Below are positions 1 to 13,584 of a stretch of 64,000 nt of DNA, piece by piece. Below the pieces are notes generated by a model that did not search any database, was not told the DNA's origin, and saw only the letters and a program-made list of their open reading frames with translations. Where the stretch lies: the NCBI GenBank assembly GCA_951406725.2, contig OX597817.1, forward strand, positions 35,216,001 through 35,280,000, read 5' to 3'. Both the position numbers and the translations under genes were made by a program. This DNA comes from Octopus vulgaris (Eukaryota). Within the stretch, counting starts at the first letter, position 1; each line of letters starts with the position of its first letter.

Positions 1-499
1 ATGCATGAACTATTTAGGATGCATAACGATTAAAATATGACAAGGGTGAAGAGAAATCGGGTGGACATTATCACACTTTATTGAAATAAATAAGTTTCCC
101 CAAAATTAAACATATACAAAGTATATTTATAGTAAGTCACACACAAACATACGCACACATATATACATACAATTCACCATTACACTTAAACAGCCACACA
201 AATATATTACCCAAACATGCCCATAAACACTCCCGTATGTATACATACAATCGACCCTTACACTAAAAATTCAAAAAAGACTGAGCCAAGCAATTTTAGA
301 TGAATGGGTTTATCTTTTGGCATCTTGTGTCGCTAAAGTGTAGAAAGTATGTTTTCTTTTTAAAAAAATAGCATTTTTATGTAGATCTTTTTAAGCTTCT
401 GAGAGACCACCTTCATGAAATGTCGCCGTATAGGATGTGGTTTCCTTGAGCGCGGGGCCCGATTGGGAACAATCGATCCAATTGGCTTAAGGCCGTACC

Positions 500-625
500 T
501 GGAACTACAGTCCTAAGAGGAAGGGTCACACCTTCAAACCATGTGTCTTTCCTCACTGTCACAGAATCCATGCATTCTCGGCGCGAGCATCGCCAGTACA
601 CATTCCCATCGCATTTTTTGTACTC
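500..625 (-). pseudogene. Merlin/ISXO2-like (IS1595 family) transposase N-terminal zinc-ribbon fragment; repeated at ~5728-5853, ~10962-11087, ~16196-16321 (-) and ~25341-25460 (+)
   Basis: Translation YKKCDGNVYWRCSRRECMDSVTVRKDTWFEGVTLPL resembles the DGxxWRCxxxxC..SIRxxSWFE..L motif of eukaryotic Merlin transposases. Similarity is lost downstream. Confidence 0.6.
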
Positions 626-923
626 ATAAAAGGCTTCTTCCTAGTACATAATTTGTCTCCAGTGTCAATCCCAACTAACATATCACCAGGTTTGCCATCT
701 CAGAGGTCTTTTCGAAGTTGTGCGACAGATTTAGAAAATAATTTTTTGTAACTAAACACTTTCAAAATTCGGACACTGGTAGAATGCGTCATATAAAACA
801 TCTTTTACTCTTAGGATTTTTGAGAAAAACTTATATTTACGAAGTTATTTCACGTTAAAGTTGTCCTATTTCGGTAATTTCAACAAATCAATGACGTGTA
901 TTCAGCTGAATAAAATTACTGCC

Positions 924-1475
924 GAGGGTGATGTCACATTCAATGATGACCTGAGGGTGGAGAAAGAAACTTGAACTCTATGGTCTTCCAGCTCCTGTCA
1001 GAGATGTTCAACACAGGTTAGCATAAGAGCTAATCAGAGAAACATCATGCAACATGGAAAGTTTGTAAGCAGTTGTCAATGAGATGGGACCACTTCGGCA
1101 GAAACGTTTAGCACGCTGGGCGAAATGCGTAGCCGTATTTCGTCTGCCATTACGATCTGGGTTCTAATTCCGCCGAGGTCAACTTTGTCTTTCATCCTTT
1201 CTGGGTCGATGAATTAAGTACCAGTTACGCACTGGGGTCGATGTAATCGACTTAATACATATGTCTGTTCTTGTTTGTCCCCTCTATGTTTAGCCCCTTG
1301 TGGGTAGTAAAGAAATAGGTATAGGATCAAAAGGAGGTATACTGTCAAGTTCTGACATCTGTGGACAATGACACTAGTGAGGGGGAGGGTCTTGTTTTTA
1401 GATGCTCCTGGGGGCACAGGAAAGACATTATTGATCAACTTGCTCCTTGCCAAGGTGAGTCAGAAGAAGGAGACC
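924..1475 (+). pseudogene. Helitron Rep/Hel PIF1-helicase fragment (motif I / Walker A), interrupted by a SINE
   Basis: Reads YGLPAPVRDVQHRLA*ELIRETSCNMESL*AVVNEMGPL-[SINE]-DQKEVYCQVLTSVDND..LFLDAPGGTGKTLLINLLLAKV, matching the Helitron FLDAPGGTGKTFLxNLLLAKVR signature. Contains stops and frameshifts. Confidence 0.85.
1097..1317 (+). mobile_element. Cephalopod (Octopus-type) SINE, 5'-clipped
   Basis: 221-bp segment absent from the homologous loci at ~21470 and ~24865. Has a B-box-like GGTTCTAATTCC and the GGGTCGATGAATTAAGTACCAGTT..GGGGTCGATGTAATCGAC core I recognise from Octopus SINEs. Confidence 0.8.
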
Positions 1476-2022
1476 AAATAGTTTGACTCCCCCAAAACAG
1501 GGGACAAATGTAAGTAAAGACAATTGCTTACAAGTTTATGAACCATGTTAGAGTCTGTGAAGGCCATAAGACCAACCACTACTGGAACAAGTATATGAAG
1601 TTTTTGTCTTTTAAAGTTATGCGTTATATTTATTGGTCAAAGGGATATAATTGAACACATTTTCAACTAAAGTAACAATTATCTCCCTTTATATAGTTAC
1701 CGAATTTGCAAACCGTTTAAGTATCGTACTGATTTGCAGTCTTTGTTCCTGTTCTCTCTGGTTGATGGTTGTAGAACAATTATGACATGAAAGCTATTTT
1801 CAGTATCTTCATAGGAAAACTTTAATAAACTTAGGTGAACGATTATCACTACCAATAAGGTTCGTGAGTAAAGAACAGCCATAGAAGAGGTTTCCACGTG
1901 CTGCATTTTGTAAATCTGCGGATGCATTCTGTAATTAATAATGAAAATAAATCGAATCTGCTGTGTTTTAATGCTTCTTATGGTCAAATTACAATTCGTT
2001 TAAGTTAAAAAAAAAAAAAAAA

Positions 2023-2142
2023 ATGCTTACAGCACCTAGGGTTCCCAAGCGGTCACCCATCTAAGTACTAACTAGGCTCGATGTTGCTTAACTTCGGTGA
2101 TCGGACGAGAACCGGTGCTTTCAACGTGATATGGCCGTAAGC
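2023..2142 (-). rRNA. 5S rRNA
   Basis: 120-nt metazoan 5S (GCTTACGGCCATATCACG...GTGCTGTAAGCAT) with internal control region and a poly-T terminator. Confidence 0.97.
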
Positions 2143-3114
2143 AACAGAGTAGTAAATTTTAATATATTTATTCTATAAACAGATACTACCACAATTTCGT
2201 TCTTCAGAATATATATTTCTTTCTTTTAGTTTATATAAACTTGGTAATCTTTCGGTAAAAATACATTATCTTTCGTCTTCACAGTACCAACTTAGCGATC
2301 TCGGTAGAAAAAAATAAACATTGTCTTTCACTTTCACAATGCTGAACAGTCGAACACTCGCACCAACACTTACACATCCCCCGACCCCTTTGTCTGCCCT
2401 CTCTTTGTCCCTACCTTTATGGTAAATAAAAAACCAGTTATATTTATTAGTCAAAGTAATATGATTGACCAACATTTTCAGCTAACGCGAAAATTATCTC
2501 TCTTTCTAAAGTTAAAGAATAAACAAATCGATTAAGTGTCGCAGAAAATGTTTTGCGATATTTGTTCCTTGTTCTCTCTGGTTGATGATCGTACAACAAT
2601 CATGATATGAAAGCTATTTTCAACTATAGCGGTTTACCAAGTTTTTCTTATATAGCGGATATTTTCTGGTTGGTTTGTTTACTGTTAGTGTAACGTTACT
2701 TTATTATGTTTCCTATTTGGAAATAGATAAATATATTTAGCTTTTTAAATAGGGATATATAATGATAAAACTGTTACTTATAAGTGTTACCATTGTACGT
2801 AAATCCTGACTCCAGCTACATATGGGTGTTGGGGGGGGGGGGGGTACAAAGGGAAGTCTTGCCTACTCCGGTAAATTTCTTTCAAATAACTGTTTATGTT
2901 ATTTCAAAAATTTACAAGCAAAATCTTCTAAAATGACAATGTTTTAAAAGATGTACATGTTTATGTTATATATGACAATAAAAGTTTACATTACACTTGC
3001 TTTAAATTGTATATAAATCTAAAAAAAAAAGTTGTTCTTAAGAAAAAAAAAGTTTTAGCATCAGTTTATAGTGTCAGGTTATAGAATAAATAGATTAAAA
3101 TTTATTAAACTGAT

Positions 3115-3234
3115 GCTTACGGCCATATCACGTTGAAAGCACCGGTTCTCGTCCGATCACCGAAGTTAAGCAACATCGAGCCTAGTTAGTACTTAGATGG
3201 GTGACCGCTTGGGAACCCTAGGTGCCGTAAGCAT
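3115..3234 (+). rRNA. 5S rRNA (C112 variant)
   Basis: Full 5S sequence with a T-run downstream. Confidence 0.97.
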
Positions 3235-3628
3235 TACCTGTTTTTTTCTTTTTTTTTTTACTACTACTGAAACTCTATTTGATTTAACTTCGTTTTTATT
3301 ACGGCTTATGAAATTTTCCTATTTTCCTTCTCATTGTTACGGTCATTTGAGTCTTTAGTTACCTAAAACACATTATACAGCAGCAAGTCTGACAATTACG
3401 TTCTTTACACGTTGATCTGTACGAGAAAACTTTTCACATCTCGCGTTGTTAATCTCTAGTTTAGGACTCGGTGAGAAAAATGAAAATGAAGTGTAATAAA
3501 TGTTAAATAATGTGTTGCTAACGAATGTAAAAAACTATAAATTTTAGAAAGGATAAACTTATTTTATTGAAATAAGAAGTTCTAGTATCAGTTTATAGAA
3601 TAAATATATTAAAATTTACCACTTTGGT

Positions 3629-3748
3629 GCTTACGGCCATATCACGTTGAAAGCACCGGTTCTCGTCCGATCACCGAAGTTAAGCAACATCGAGCCTAGT
3701 TAGTACTTGGATGGGTGACCGCTTGGGAACCCTAGGTGCTGTAAGCAT
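3629..3748 (+). rRNA. 5S rRNA (G81 variant)
   Basis: Full 5S sequence with a T-run downstream. Confidence 0.97.
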
Positions 3749-3986
3749 TCCATTCTTTTTTTTTTTTTTTTAATAAATTGTAATTTCATCATACCATAGA
3801 CGACTATCACTGTCAGCAAGAATAAAGAACAGCAATACAAGCGATTTCCACCCGCACGATTTTGTTAATCTACGGATGCTTTCTGTATTCAGTCATGAAG
3901 ATAATTCGAATCTGCTATGTTTTACTATATGGCATGATGAAATTACAATTTATTCAAATTTATGAAGAATAATAAAAAAAAAAAAA

Positions 3987-4007
3987 ATGCTTACAGCACC
4001 CAGCGGT
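3987..4007 (-). pseudogene. 5S rRNA remnant, ~100 nt deleted (also 9218-9238, 14453-14473)
   Basis: ATGCTTACAGCACC-CAGCGGT is joined directly to the normal 5S upstream flank (AAAGTGGTAAATTTTAATATATTTATTCTATAA). The terminator is retained. Confidence 0.85.
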
Positions 4008-6151
4008 AAAGTGGTAAATTTTAATATATTTATTCTATAAATTGATACTATAAACTGATGCTAAAACTTCTTTTCTTAAGAAAACATTTTTTTCTAAGGC
4101 AAATGTAATATAAACTTTAATCGACATGTATAACATAGACATGTACATCTTTTAGAACATTTTGCTTGTAAATTTTTGAAATAACATAAGCATTTACATG
4201 AAAGAAAATTACCGGAGTAGGCAAAGACTTCCTTTTGTACTCCCCCCCCCAATCCTCAACGCCCATTTTAATTAAATATTTTTTCTACACAAACTCCCGT
4301 TTTCGGCTATGGAGAATATGAATCTGCATAAAAATTGGCAAAGATTGGCACTTTGAAATTAACCCCACCACTTAATTCTTCATTTTAAACTTTTTTTAGA
4401 ATTTTTTTTTGATCTTTTCCTTTTGAACGGCAGTTTTCAACACAATTTCTAGTTAACTAAACACTTTTAAACTTCGTATACTGGTAGAATGTGTCAAAAT
4501 AAAACATTTTTTTCTCTTGGCTTTCTTGAGAAAATTGTAATTTGTAAGTTTAACGTAGTTTAATTTTTCTAATTTTAACCAATCGATGGACTCTATTGAG
4601 CTAAAATCATTTGCTGCGTCTAAAACTGAGACAACATCCTGTCACTGACCCTAACCCTAAATTTTAGCCTTGCGTGTATATGTGTAGAGGTGGAAATGCA
4701 TATGTGATTTGTGTTTGTACTTAAAGCACTCCTTTGTAAAACCAAGAGAGACCCTAGACCTTCGAACGAAAACCGGTGACCCTGAACCACTACAAAACTG
4801 ACGACCGCGTATGCACCGTCGTAATAACTATCCACGCTCGATAGCCATGTTACACATGATTGAATGCCGCGCATATTAGTGAAGATCAAGTACACTGAAC
4901 AACGGACCTGCCACAAATCCTGAATGAATATTGATGCTCAGCCATCTCAATTACTGTTACATATTGTGCACAAAAGTTTTTCCCATTAAAAAATTCAAAT
5001 GCAGGAGTCTTTTTATTTCGCCGATTTTCCAGTTTGAGTTATTTGGAGTGCGAGAAGTTTTTAAACGTTCAAATATTACCGACTACCCTCCACTATTTTA
5101 GGTTTCCAAGCGTCCTCGATAGATAGTTGAATTTAAGTGAAATTTTGAGAAATATTGGTCTACTTTCCTCAATAAAAATTATATTGTGCAATGGATATTA
5201 TTTTGTTGGCTATTAAAGTCTAATGTGCATGCATGAACTATTTAGGATGCATAACGATTAAAATATGACAAGGGTGAAGAGAAATCGGGTGGACATTATC
5301 ACACTTTATTGAAATAAATAAGTTTCCCCAAAATTAAACATATACAAAGTATATTTATAGTAAGTCACACACAAACATACGCACACATATATACATACAA
5401 TTCACCATTACACTTAAACAGCCACACAAATATATTACCCAAACATGCCCATAAACACTCCCGTATGTATACATACAATCGACCCTTACACTAAAAATTC
5501 AAAAAAGACTGAGCCAAGCAATTTTAGATGAATGGGTTTATCTTTTGGCATCTTGTGTCGCTAAAGTGTAGAAAGTATGTTTTCTTTTTAAAAAAATAGC
5601 ATTTTTATGTAGATCTTTTTAAGCTTCTGAGAGACCACCTTCATGAAATGTCGCCGTATAGGATGTGGTTTCCTTGAGCGCGGGGCCCGATTGGGAACAA
5701 TCGATCCAATTGGCTTAAGGCCGTACCTGGAACTACAGTCCTAAGAGGAAGGGTCACACCTTCAAACCATGTGTCTTTCCTCACTGTCACAGAATCCATG
5801 CATTCTCGGCGCGAGCATCGCCAGTACACATTCCCATCGCATTTTTTGTACTCATAAAAGGCTTCTTCCTAGTACATAATTTGTCTCCAGTGTCAATCCC
5901 AACTAACATATCACCAGGTTTGCCATCTCAGAGGTCTTTTCGAAGTTGTGCGACAGATTTAGAAAATAATTTTTTGTAACTAAACACTTTCAAAATTCGG
6001 ACACTGGTAGAATGCGTCATATAAAACATCTTTTACTCTTAGGATTTTTGAGAAAAACTTATATTTACGAAGTTATTTCACGTTAAAGTTGTCCTATTTC
6101 GGTAATTTCAACAAATCAATGACGTGTATTCAGCTGAATAAAATTACTGCC

Positions 6152-6704
6152 GAGGGTGATGTCACATTCAATGATGACCTGAGGGTGGAGAAAGAAACTT
6201 GAACTCTATGGTCTTCCAGCTCCTGTCAGAGATGTTCAACACAGGTTAGCATAAGAGCTAATCAGAGAAACATCATGCAACATGGAAAGTTTGTAAGCAG
6301 TTGTCAATGAGATGGGACCACTTCGGCAGAAACGTTTAGCACGCTGGGCGAAATGCGTAGCCGTATTTCGTCTGCCATTACGATCTGGGTTCTAATTCCG
6401 CCGAGGTCAACTTTGTCTTTCATCCTTTCTGGGTCGATGAATTAAGTACCAGTTACGCACTGGGGTCGATGTAATCGACTTAATACATATGTCTGTTCTT
6501 GTTTGTCCCCTCTATGTTTAGCCCCTTGTGGGTAGTAAAGAAATAGGTATAGGATCAAAAGGAGGTATACTGTCAAGTTCTGACATCTGTGGACAATGAC
6601 ACTAGTGAGGGGGAGGGGTCTTGTTTTTAGATGCTCCTGGGGGCACAGGAAAGACATTATTGATCAACTTGCTCCTTGCCAAGGTGAGTCAGAAGAAGGA
6701 GACC
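6152..6704 (+). pseudogene. Helitron helicase fragment (unit 2)
   Basis: Copy of 924-1475. Confidence 0.85.
6325..6545 (+). mobile_element. SINE (unit 2)
   Basis: Copy of 1097-1317. Confidence 0.8.
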
Positions 6705-7253
6705 AAATAGTTTGACTCCCCCAAAACAGGGGACAAATGTAAGTAAAGACAATTGCTTACAAGTTTATGAACCATGTTAGAGTCTGTGAAGGCCATAAGA
6801 CCAACCACTACTGGAACAAGTATATGAAGTTTTTGTCTTTTAAAGTTATGCGTTATATTTATTGGTCAAAGGGATATAATTGAACACATTTTCAACTAAA
6901 GTAACAATTATCTCCCTTTATATAGTTACCGAATTTGCAAACCGTTTAAGTATCGTACTGATTTGCAGTCTTTGTTCCTGTTCTCTCTGGTTGATGGTTG
7001 TAGAACAATTATGACATGAAAGCTATTTTCAGTATCTTCATAGGAAAACTTTAATAAACTTAGGTGAACGATTATCACTACCAATAAGGTTCGTGAGTAA
7101 AGAACAGCCATAGAAGAGGTTTCCACGTGCTGCATTTTGTAAATCTGCGGATGCATTCTGTAATTAATAATGAAAATAAATCGAATCTGCTGTGTTTTAA
7201 TGCTTCTTATGGTCAAATTACAATTCGTTTAAGTTAAAAAAAAAAAAAAAAAA

Positions 7254-7373
7254 ATGCTTACAGCACCTAGGGTTCCCAAGCGGTCACCCATCTAAGTACT
7301 AACTAGGCTCGATGTTGCTTAACTTCGGTGATCGGACGAGAACCGGTGTTTTCAACGTGATATGGCCGTAAGC
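7254..7373 (-). rRNA. 5S rRNA (A25 variant)
   Basis: Full 5S sequence. Confidence 0.97.
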
Positions 7374-8346
7374 AACAGAGTAGTAAATTTTAATATATTT
7401 ATTCTATAAACAGATACTACCACAATTTCGTTCTTCAGAATATATATTTCTTTCTTTTAGTTTATATAAACTTGGTAATCTTTCGGTAAAAATACATTAT
7501 CTTTCGTCTTCACAGTACCAACTTAGCGATCTCGGTAGAAAAAAATAAACATTGTCTTTCACTTTCACAATGCTGAACAGTCGAACACTCGCACCAACAC
7601 TTACACATCCCCCGACCCCTTTGTCTGCCCTCTCTTTGTCCCTACCTTTATGGTAAATAAAAAACCAGTTATATTTATTAGTCAAAGTAATATGATTGAC
7701 CAACATTTTCAGCTAACGCGAAAATTATCTCTCTTTCTAAAGTTAAAGAATAAACAAATCGATTAAGTGTCGCAGAAAATGTTTTGCGATATTTGTTCCT
7801 TGTTCTCTCTGGTTGATGATCGTACAACAATCATGATATGAAAGCTATTTTCAACTATAGCGGTTTACCAAGTTTTTCTTATATAGCGGATATTTTCTGG
7901 TTGGTTTGTTTACTGTTAGTGTAACGTTACTTTATTATGTTTCCTATTTGGAAATAGATAAATATATTTAGCTTTTTAAATAGGGATATATAATGATAAA
8001 ACTGTTACTTATAAGTGTTACCATTGTACGTAAATCCTGACTCCAGCTACATATGGGTGTTGGGGGGGGGGGGTACAAAGGGAAGTCTTGCCTACTCCGG
8101 TAAATTTCTTTCAAATAACTGTTTATGTTATTTCAAAAATTTACAAGCAAAATCTTCTAAAATGACAATGTTTTAAAAGATGTACATGTTTATGTTATAT
8201 ATGACAATAAAAGTTTACATTACACTTGCTTTAAATTGTATATAAATCTAAAAAAAAAAAGTTGTTCTTAAGAAAAAAAAGAAGTTTTAGCATCAGTTTA
8301 TAGTGTCAGGTTATAGAATAAATAGATTAAAATTTATTAAACTGAT

Positions 8347-8466
8347 GCTTACGGCCATATCACGTTGAAAGCACCGGTTCTCGTCCGATCACCGAAGTTA
8401 AGCAACATCGAGCCTAGTTAGTACTTAGATGGGTGACCGCTTGGGAACCCTAGGTGCCGTAAGCAT
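8347..8466 (+). rRNA. 5S rRNA
   Basis: Full 5S sequence. Confidence 0.97.
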
Positions 8467-8860
8467 TACCTGTTTTTTTCTTTTTTTTTTTACTACTACT
8501 GAAACTCTATTTGATTTAACTTCGTTTTTATTACGGCTTATGAAATTTTCCTATTTTCCTTCTCATTGTTACGGTCATTTGAGTCTTTAGTTACCTAAAA
8601 CACATTATACAGCAGCAAGTCTGACAATTACGTTCTTTACACGTTGATCTGTACGAGAAAACTTTTCACATCTCGCGTTGTTAATCTCTAGTTTAGGACT
8701 CGGTGAGAAAAATGAAAATGAAGTGTAATAAATGTTAAATAATGTGTTGCTAACGAATGTAAAAAACTATAAATTTTAGAAAGGATAAACTTATTTTATT
8801 GAAATAAGAAGTTCTAGTATCAGTTTATAGAATAAATATATTAAAATTTACCACTTTGGT

Positions 8861-8980
8861 GCTTACGGCCATATCACGTTGAAAGCACCGGTTCTCGTCC
8901 GATCACCGAAGTTAAGCAACATCGAGCCTAGTTAGTACTTGGATGGGTGACCGCTTGGGAACCCTAGGTGCTGTAAGCAT
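8861..8980 (+). rRNA. 5S rRNA
   Basis: Full 5S sequence. Confidence 0.97.
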
Positions 8981-11385
8981 TCCATTCTTTTTTTTTTTTT
9001 TTAATAAATTGTAATTTCATCATACCATAGACGACTATCACTGTCAGCAAGAATAAAGAACAGCAATACAAGCGATTTCCACCCGCACGATTTTGTTAAT
9101 CTACGGATGCTTTCTGTATTCAGTCATGAAGATAATTCGAATCTGCTATGTTTTACTATATGGCATGATGAAATTACAATTTATTCAAATTTATGAAGAA
9201 TAATAAAAAAAAAAAAAATGCTTACAGCACCCAGCGGTAAAGTGGTAAATTTTAATATATTTATTCTATAAATTGATACTATAAACTGATGCTAAAACTT
9301 CTTTTCTTAAGAAAACATTTTTTTCTAAGGCAAATGTAATATAAACTTTAATCGACATGTATAACATAGACATGTACATCTTTTAGAACATTTTGCTTGT
9401 AAATTTTTGAAATAACATAAGCATTTACATGAAAGAAAATTACCGGAGTAGGCAAAGACTTCCTTTTGTACTCCCCCCCCCCCCAATCCTCAACGCCCAT
9501 TTTAATTAAATATTTTTTCTACACAAACTCCCGTTTTCGGCTATGGAGAATATGAATCTGCATAAAAATTGGCAAAGATTGGCACTTTGAAATTAACCCC
9601 ACCACTTAATTCTTCATTTTAAACTTTTTTTAGAATTTTTTTTTGATCTTTTCCTTTTGAACGGCAGTTTTCAACACAATTTCTAGTTAACTAAACACTT
9701 TTAAACTTCGTATACTGGTAGAATGTGTCAAAATAAAACATTTTTTTCTCTTGGCTTTCTTGAGAAAATTGTAATTTGTAAGTTTAACGTAGTTTAATTT
9801 TTCTAATTTTAACCAATCGATGGACTCTATTGAGCTAAAATCATTTGCTGCGTCTAAAACTGAGACAACATCCTGTCACTGACCCTAACCCTAAATTTTA
9901 GCCTTGCGTGTATATGTGTAGAGGTGGAAATGCATATGTGATTTGTGTTTGTACTTAAAGCACTCCTTTGTAAAACCAAGAGAGACCCTAGACCTTCGAA
10001 CGAAAACCGGTGACCCTGAACCACTACAAAACTGACGACCGCGTATGCACCGTCGTAATAACTATCCACGCTCGATAGCCATGTTACACATGATTGAATG
10101 CCGCGCATATTAGTGAAGATCAAGTACACTGAACAACGGACCTGCCACAAATCCTGAATGAATATTGATGCTCAGCCATCTCAATTACTGTTACATATTG
10201 TGCACAAAAGTTTTTCCCATTAAAAAATTCAAATGCAGGAGTCTTTTTATTTCGCCGATTTTCCAGTTTGAGTTATTTGGAGTGCGAGAAGTTTTTAAAC
10301 GTTCAAATATTACCGACTACCCTCCACTATTTTAGGTTTCCAAGCGTCCTCGATAGATAGTTGAATTTAAGTGAAATTTTGAGAAATATTGGTCTACTTT
10401 CCTCAATAAAAATTATATTGTGCAATGGATATTATTTTGTTGGCTATTAAAGTCTAATGTGCATGCATGAACTATTTAGGATGCATAACGATTAAAATAT
10501 GACAAGGGTGAAGAGAAATCGGGTGGACATTATCACACTTTATTGAAATAAATAAGTTTCCCCAAAATTAAACATATACAAAGTATATTTATAGTAAGTC
10601 ACACACAAACATACGCACACATATATACATACAATTCACCATTACACTTAAACAGCCACACAAATATATTACCCAAACATGCCCATAAACACTCCCGTAT
10701 GTATACATACAATCGACCCTTACACTAAAAATTCAAAAAAGACTGAGCCAAGCAATTTTAGATGAATGGGTTTATCTTTTGGCATCTTGTGTCGCTAAAG
10801 TGTAGAAAGTATGTTTTCTTTTTAAAAAAATAGCATTTTTATGTAGATCTTTTTAAGCTTCTGAGAGACCACCTTCATGAAATGTCGCCGTATAGGATGT
10901 GGTTTCCTTGAGCGCGGGGCCCGATTGGGAACAATCGATCCAATTGGCTTAAGGCCGTACCTGGAACTACAGTCCTAAGAGGAAGGGTCACACCTTCAAA
11001 CCATGTGTCTTTCCTCACTGTCACAGAATCCATGCATTCTCGGCGCGAGCATCGCCAGTACACATTCCCATCGCATTTTTTGTACTCATAAAAGGCTTCT
11101 TCCTAGTACATAATTTGTCTCCAGTGTCAATCCCAACTAACATATCACCAGGTTTGCCATCTCAGAGGTCTTTTCGAAGTTGTGCGACAGATTTAGAAAA
11201 TAATTTTTTGTAACTAAACACTTTCAAAATTCGGACACTGGTAGAATGCGTCATATAAAACATCTTTTACTCTTAGGATTTTTGAGAAAAACTTATATTT
11301 ACGAAGTTATTTCACGTTAAAGTTGTCCTATTTCGGTAATTTCAACAAATCAATGACGTGTATTCAGCTGAATAAAATTACTGCC

Positions 11386-11938
11386 GAGGGTGATGTCACA
11401 TTCAATGATGACCTGAGGGTGGAGAAAGAAACTTGAACTCTATGGTCTTCCAGCTCCTGTCAGAGATGTTCAACACAGGTTAGCATAAGAGCTAATCAGA
11501 GAAACATCATGCAACATGGAAAGTTTGTAAGCAGTTGTCAATGAGATGGGACCACTTCGGCAGAAACGTTTAGCACGCTGGGCGAAATGCGTAGCCGTAT
11601 TTCGTCTGCCATTACGATCTGGGTTCTAATTCCGCCGAGGTCAACTTTGTCTTTCATCCTTTCTGGGTCGATGAATTAAGTACCAGTTACGCACTGGGGT
11701 CGATGTAATCGACTTAATACATATGTCTGTTCTTGTTTGTCCCCTCTATGTTTAGCCCCTTGTGGGTAGTAAAGAAATAGGTATAGGATCAAAAGGAGGT
11801 ATACTGTCAAGTTCTGACATCTGTGGACAATGACACTAGTGAGGGGGAGGGGTCTTGTTTTTAGATGCTCCTGGGGGCACAGGAAAGACATTATTGATCA
11901 ACTTGCTCCTTGCCAAGGTGAGTCAGAAGAAGGAGACC
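11386..11938 (+). pseudogene. Helitron helicase fragment (unit 3)
   Basis: Copy of 924-1475. Confidence 0.85.
11559..11779 (+). mobile_element. SINE (unit 3)
   Basis: Copy of 1097-1317. Confidence 0.8.
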
Positions 11939-12489
11939 AAATAGTTTGACTCCCCCAAAACAGGGGACAAATGTAAGTAAAGACAATTGCTTACAAGTTT
12001 ATGAACCATGTTAGAGTCTGTGAAGGCCATAAGACCAACCACTACTGGAACAAGTATATGAAGTTTTTGTCTTTTAAAGTTATGCGTTATATTTATTGGT
12101 CAAAGGGATATAATTGAACACATTTTCAACTAAAGTAACAATTATCTCCCTTTATATAGTTACCGAATTTGCAAACCGTTTAAGTATCGTACTGATTTGC
12201 AGTCTTTGTTCCTGTTCTCTCTGGTTGATGGTTGTAGAACAATTATGACATGAAAGCTATTTTCAGTATCTTCATAGGAAAACTTTAATAAACTTAGGTG
12301 AACGATTATCACTACCAATAAGGTTCGTGAGTAAAGAACAGCCATAGAAGAGGTTTCCACGTGCTGCATTTTGTAAATCTGCGGATGCATTCTGTAATTA
12401 ATAATGAAAATAAATCGAATCTGCTGTGTTTTAATGCTTCTTATGGTCAAATTACAATTCGTTTAAGTTAAAAAAAAAAAAAAAAAAAA

Positions 12490-12609
12490 ATGCTTACAGC
12501 ACCTAGGGTTCCCAAGCGGTCACCCATCTAAGTACTAACTAGGCTCGATGTTGCTTAACTTCGGTGATCGGACGAGAACCGGTGTTTTCAACGTGATATG
12601 GCCGTAAGC
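12490..12609 (-). rRNA. 5S rRNA
   Basis: Full 5S sequence. Confidence 0.97.
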
Positions 12610-13584
12610 AACAGAGTAGTAAATTTTAATATATTTATTCTATAAACAGATACTACCACAATTTCGTTCTTCAGAATATATATTTCTTTCTTTTAGTTTA
12701 TATAAACTTGGTAATCTTTCGGTAAAAATACATTATCTTTCGTCTTCACAGTACCAACTTAGCGATCTCGGTAGAAAAAAATAAACATTGTCTTTCACTT
12801 TCACAATGCTGAACAGTCGAACACTCGCACCAACACTTACACATCCCCCGACCCTTTGTCTGCCCTCTCTTTGTCCCTACCTTTATGGTAAATAAAAAAC
12901 CAGTTATATTTATTAGTCAAAGTAATATGATTGACCAACATTTTCAGCTAACGCGAAAATTATCTCTCTTTCTAAAGTTAAAGAATAAACAAATCGATTA
13001 AGTGTCGCAGAAAATGTTTTGCGATATTTGTTCCTTGTTCTCTCTGGTTGATGATCGTACAACAATCATGATATGAAAGCTATTTTCAACTATAGCGGTT
13101 TACCAAGTTTTTCTTATATAGCGGATATTTTCTGGTTGGTTTGTTTACTGTTAGTGTAACGTTACTTTATTATGTTTCCTATTTGGAAATAGATAAATAT
13201 ATTTATCTATTTCCAAATAGGGATATATAATGATAAAACTGTTACTTATAAGTGTTACCATTGTACGTAAATCCTGACTCCAGCTACATATGGGTGTTGG
13301 GGGGGGGGGGGGTACAAAGGGAAGTCTTGCCTACTCCGGTAAATTTCTTTCAAATAACTGTTTATGTTATTTCAAAAATTTACAAGCAAAATCTTCTAAA
13401 ATGACAATGTTTTAAAAGATGTACATGTTTATGTTATATATGACAATAAAAGTTTACATTACACTTGCTTTAAATTGTATATAAATCTAAAAAAAAAAGT
13501 TGTTCTTAAGAAAAAAAAGAAGTTTTAGCATCAGTTTATAGTGTCAGGTTATAGAATAAATAGATTAAAATTTATTAAACTGAT

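Noticed and set aside
1697-4916. Short ORFs conserved in all 5.2-kb units (96, 69, 98 aa)
   Set aside because: Conservation only reflects recent DNA duplication. They lie in 5S spacers or repeats and show no recognisable domain.
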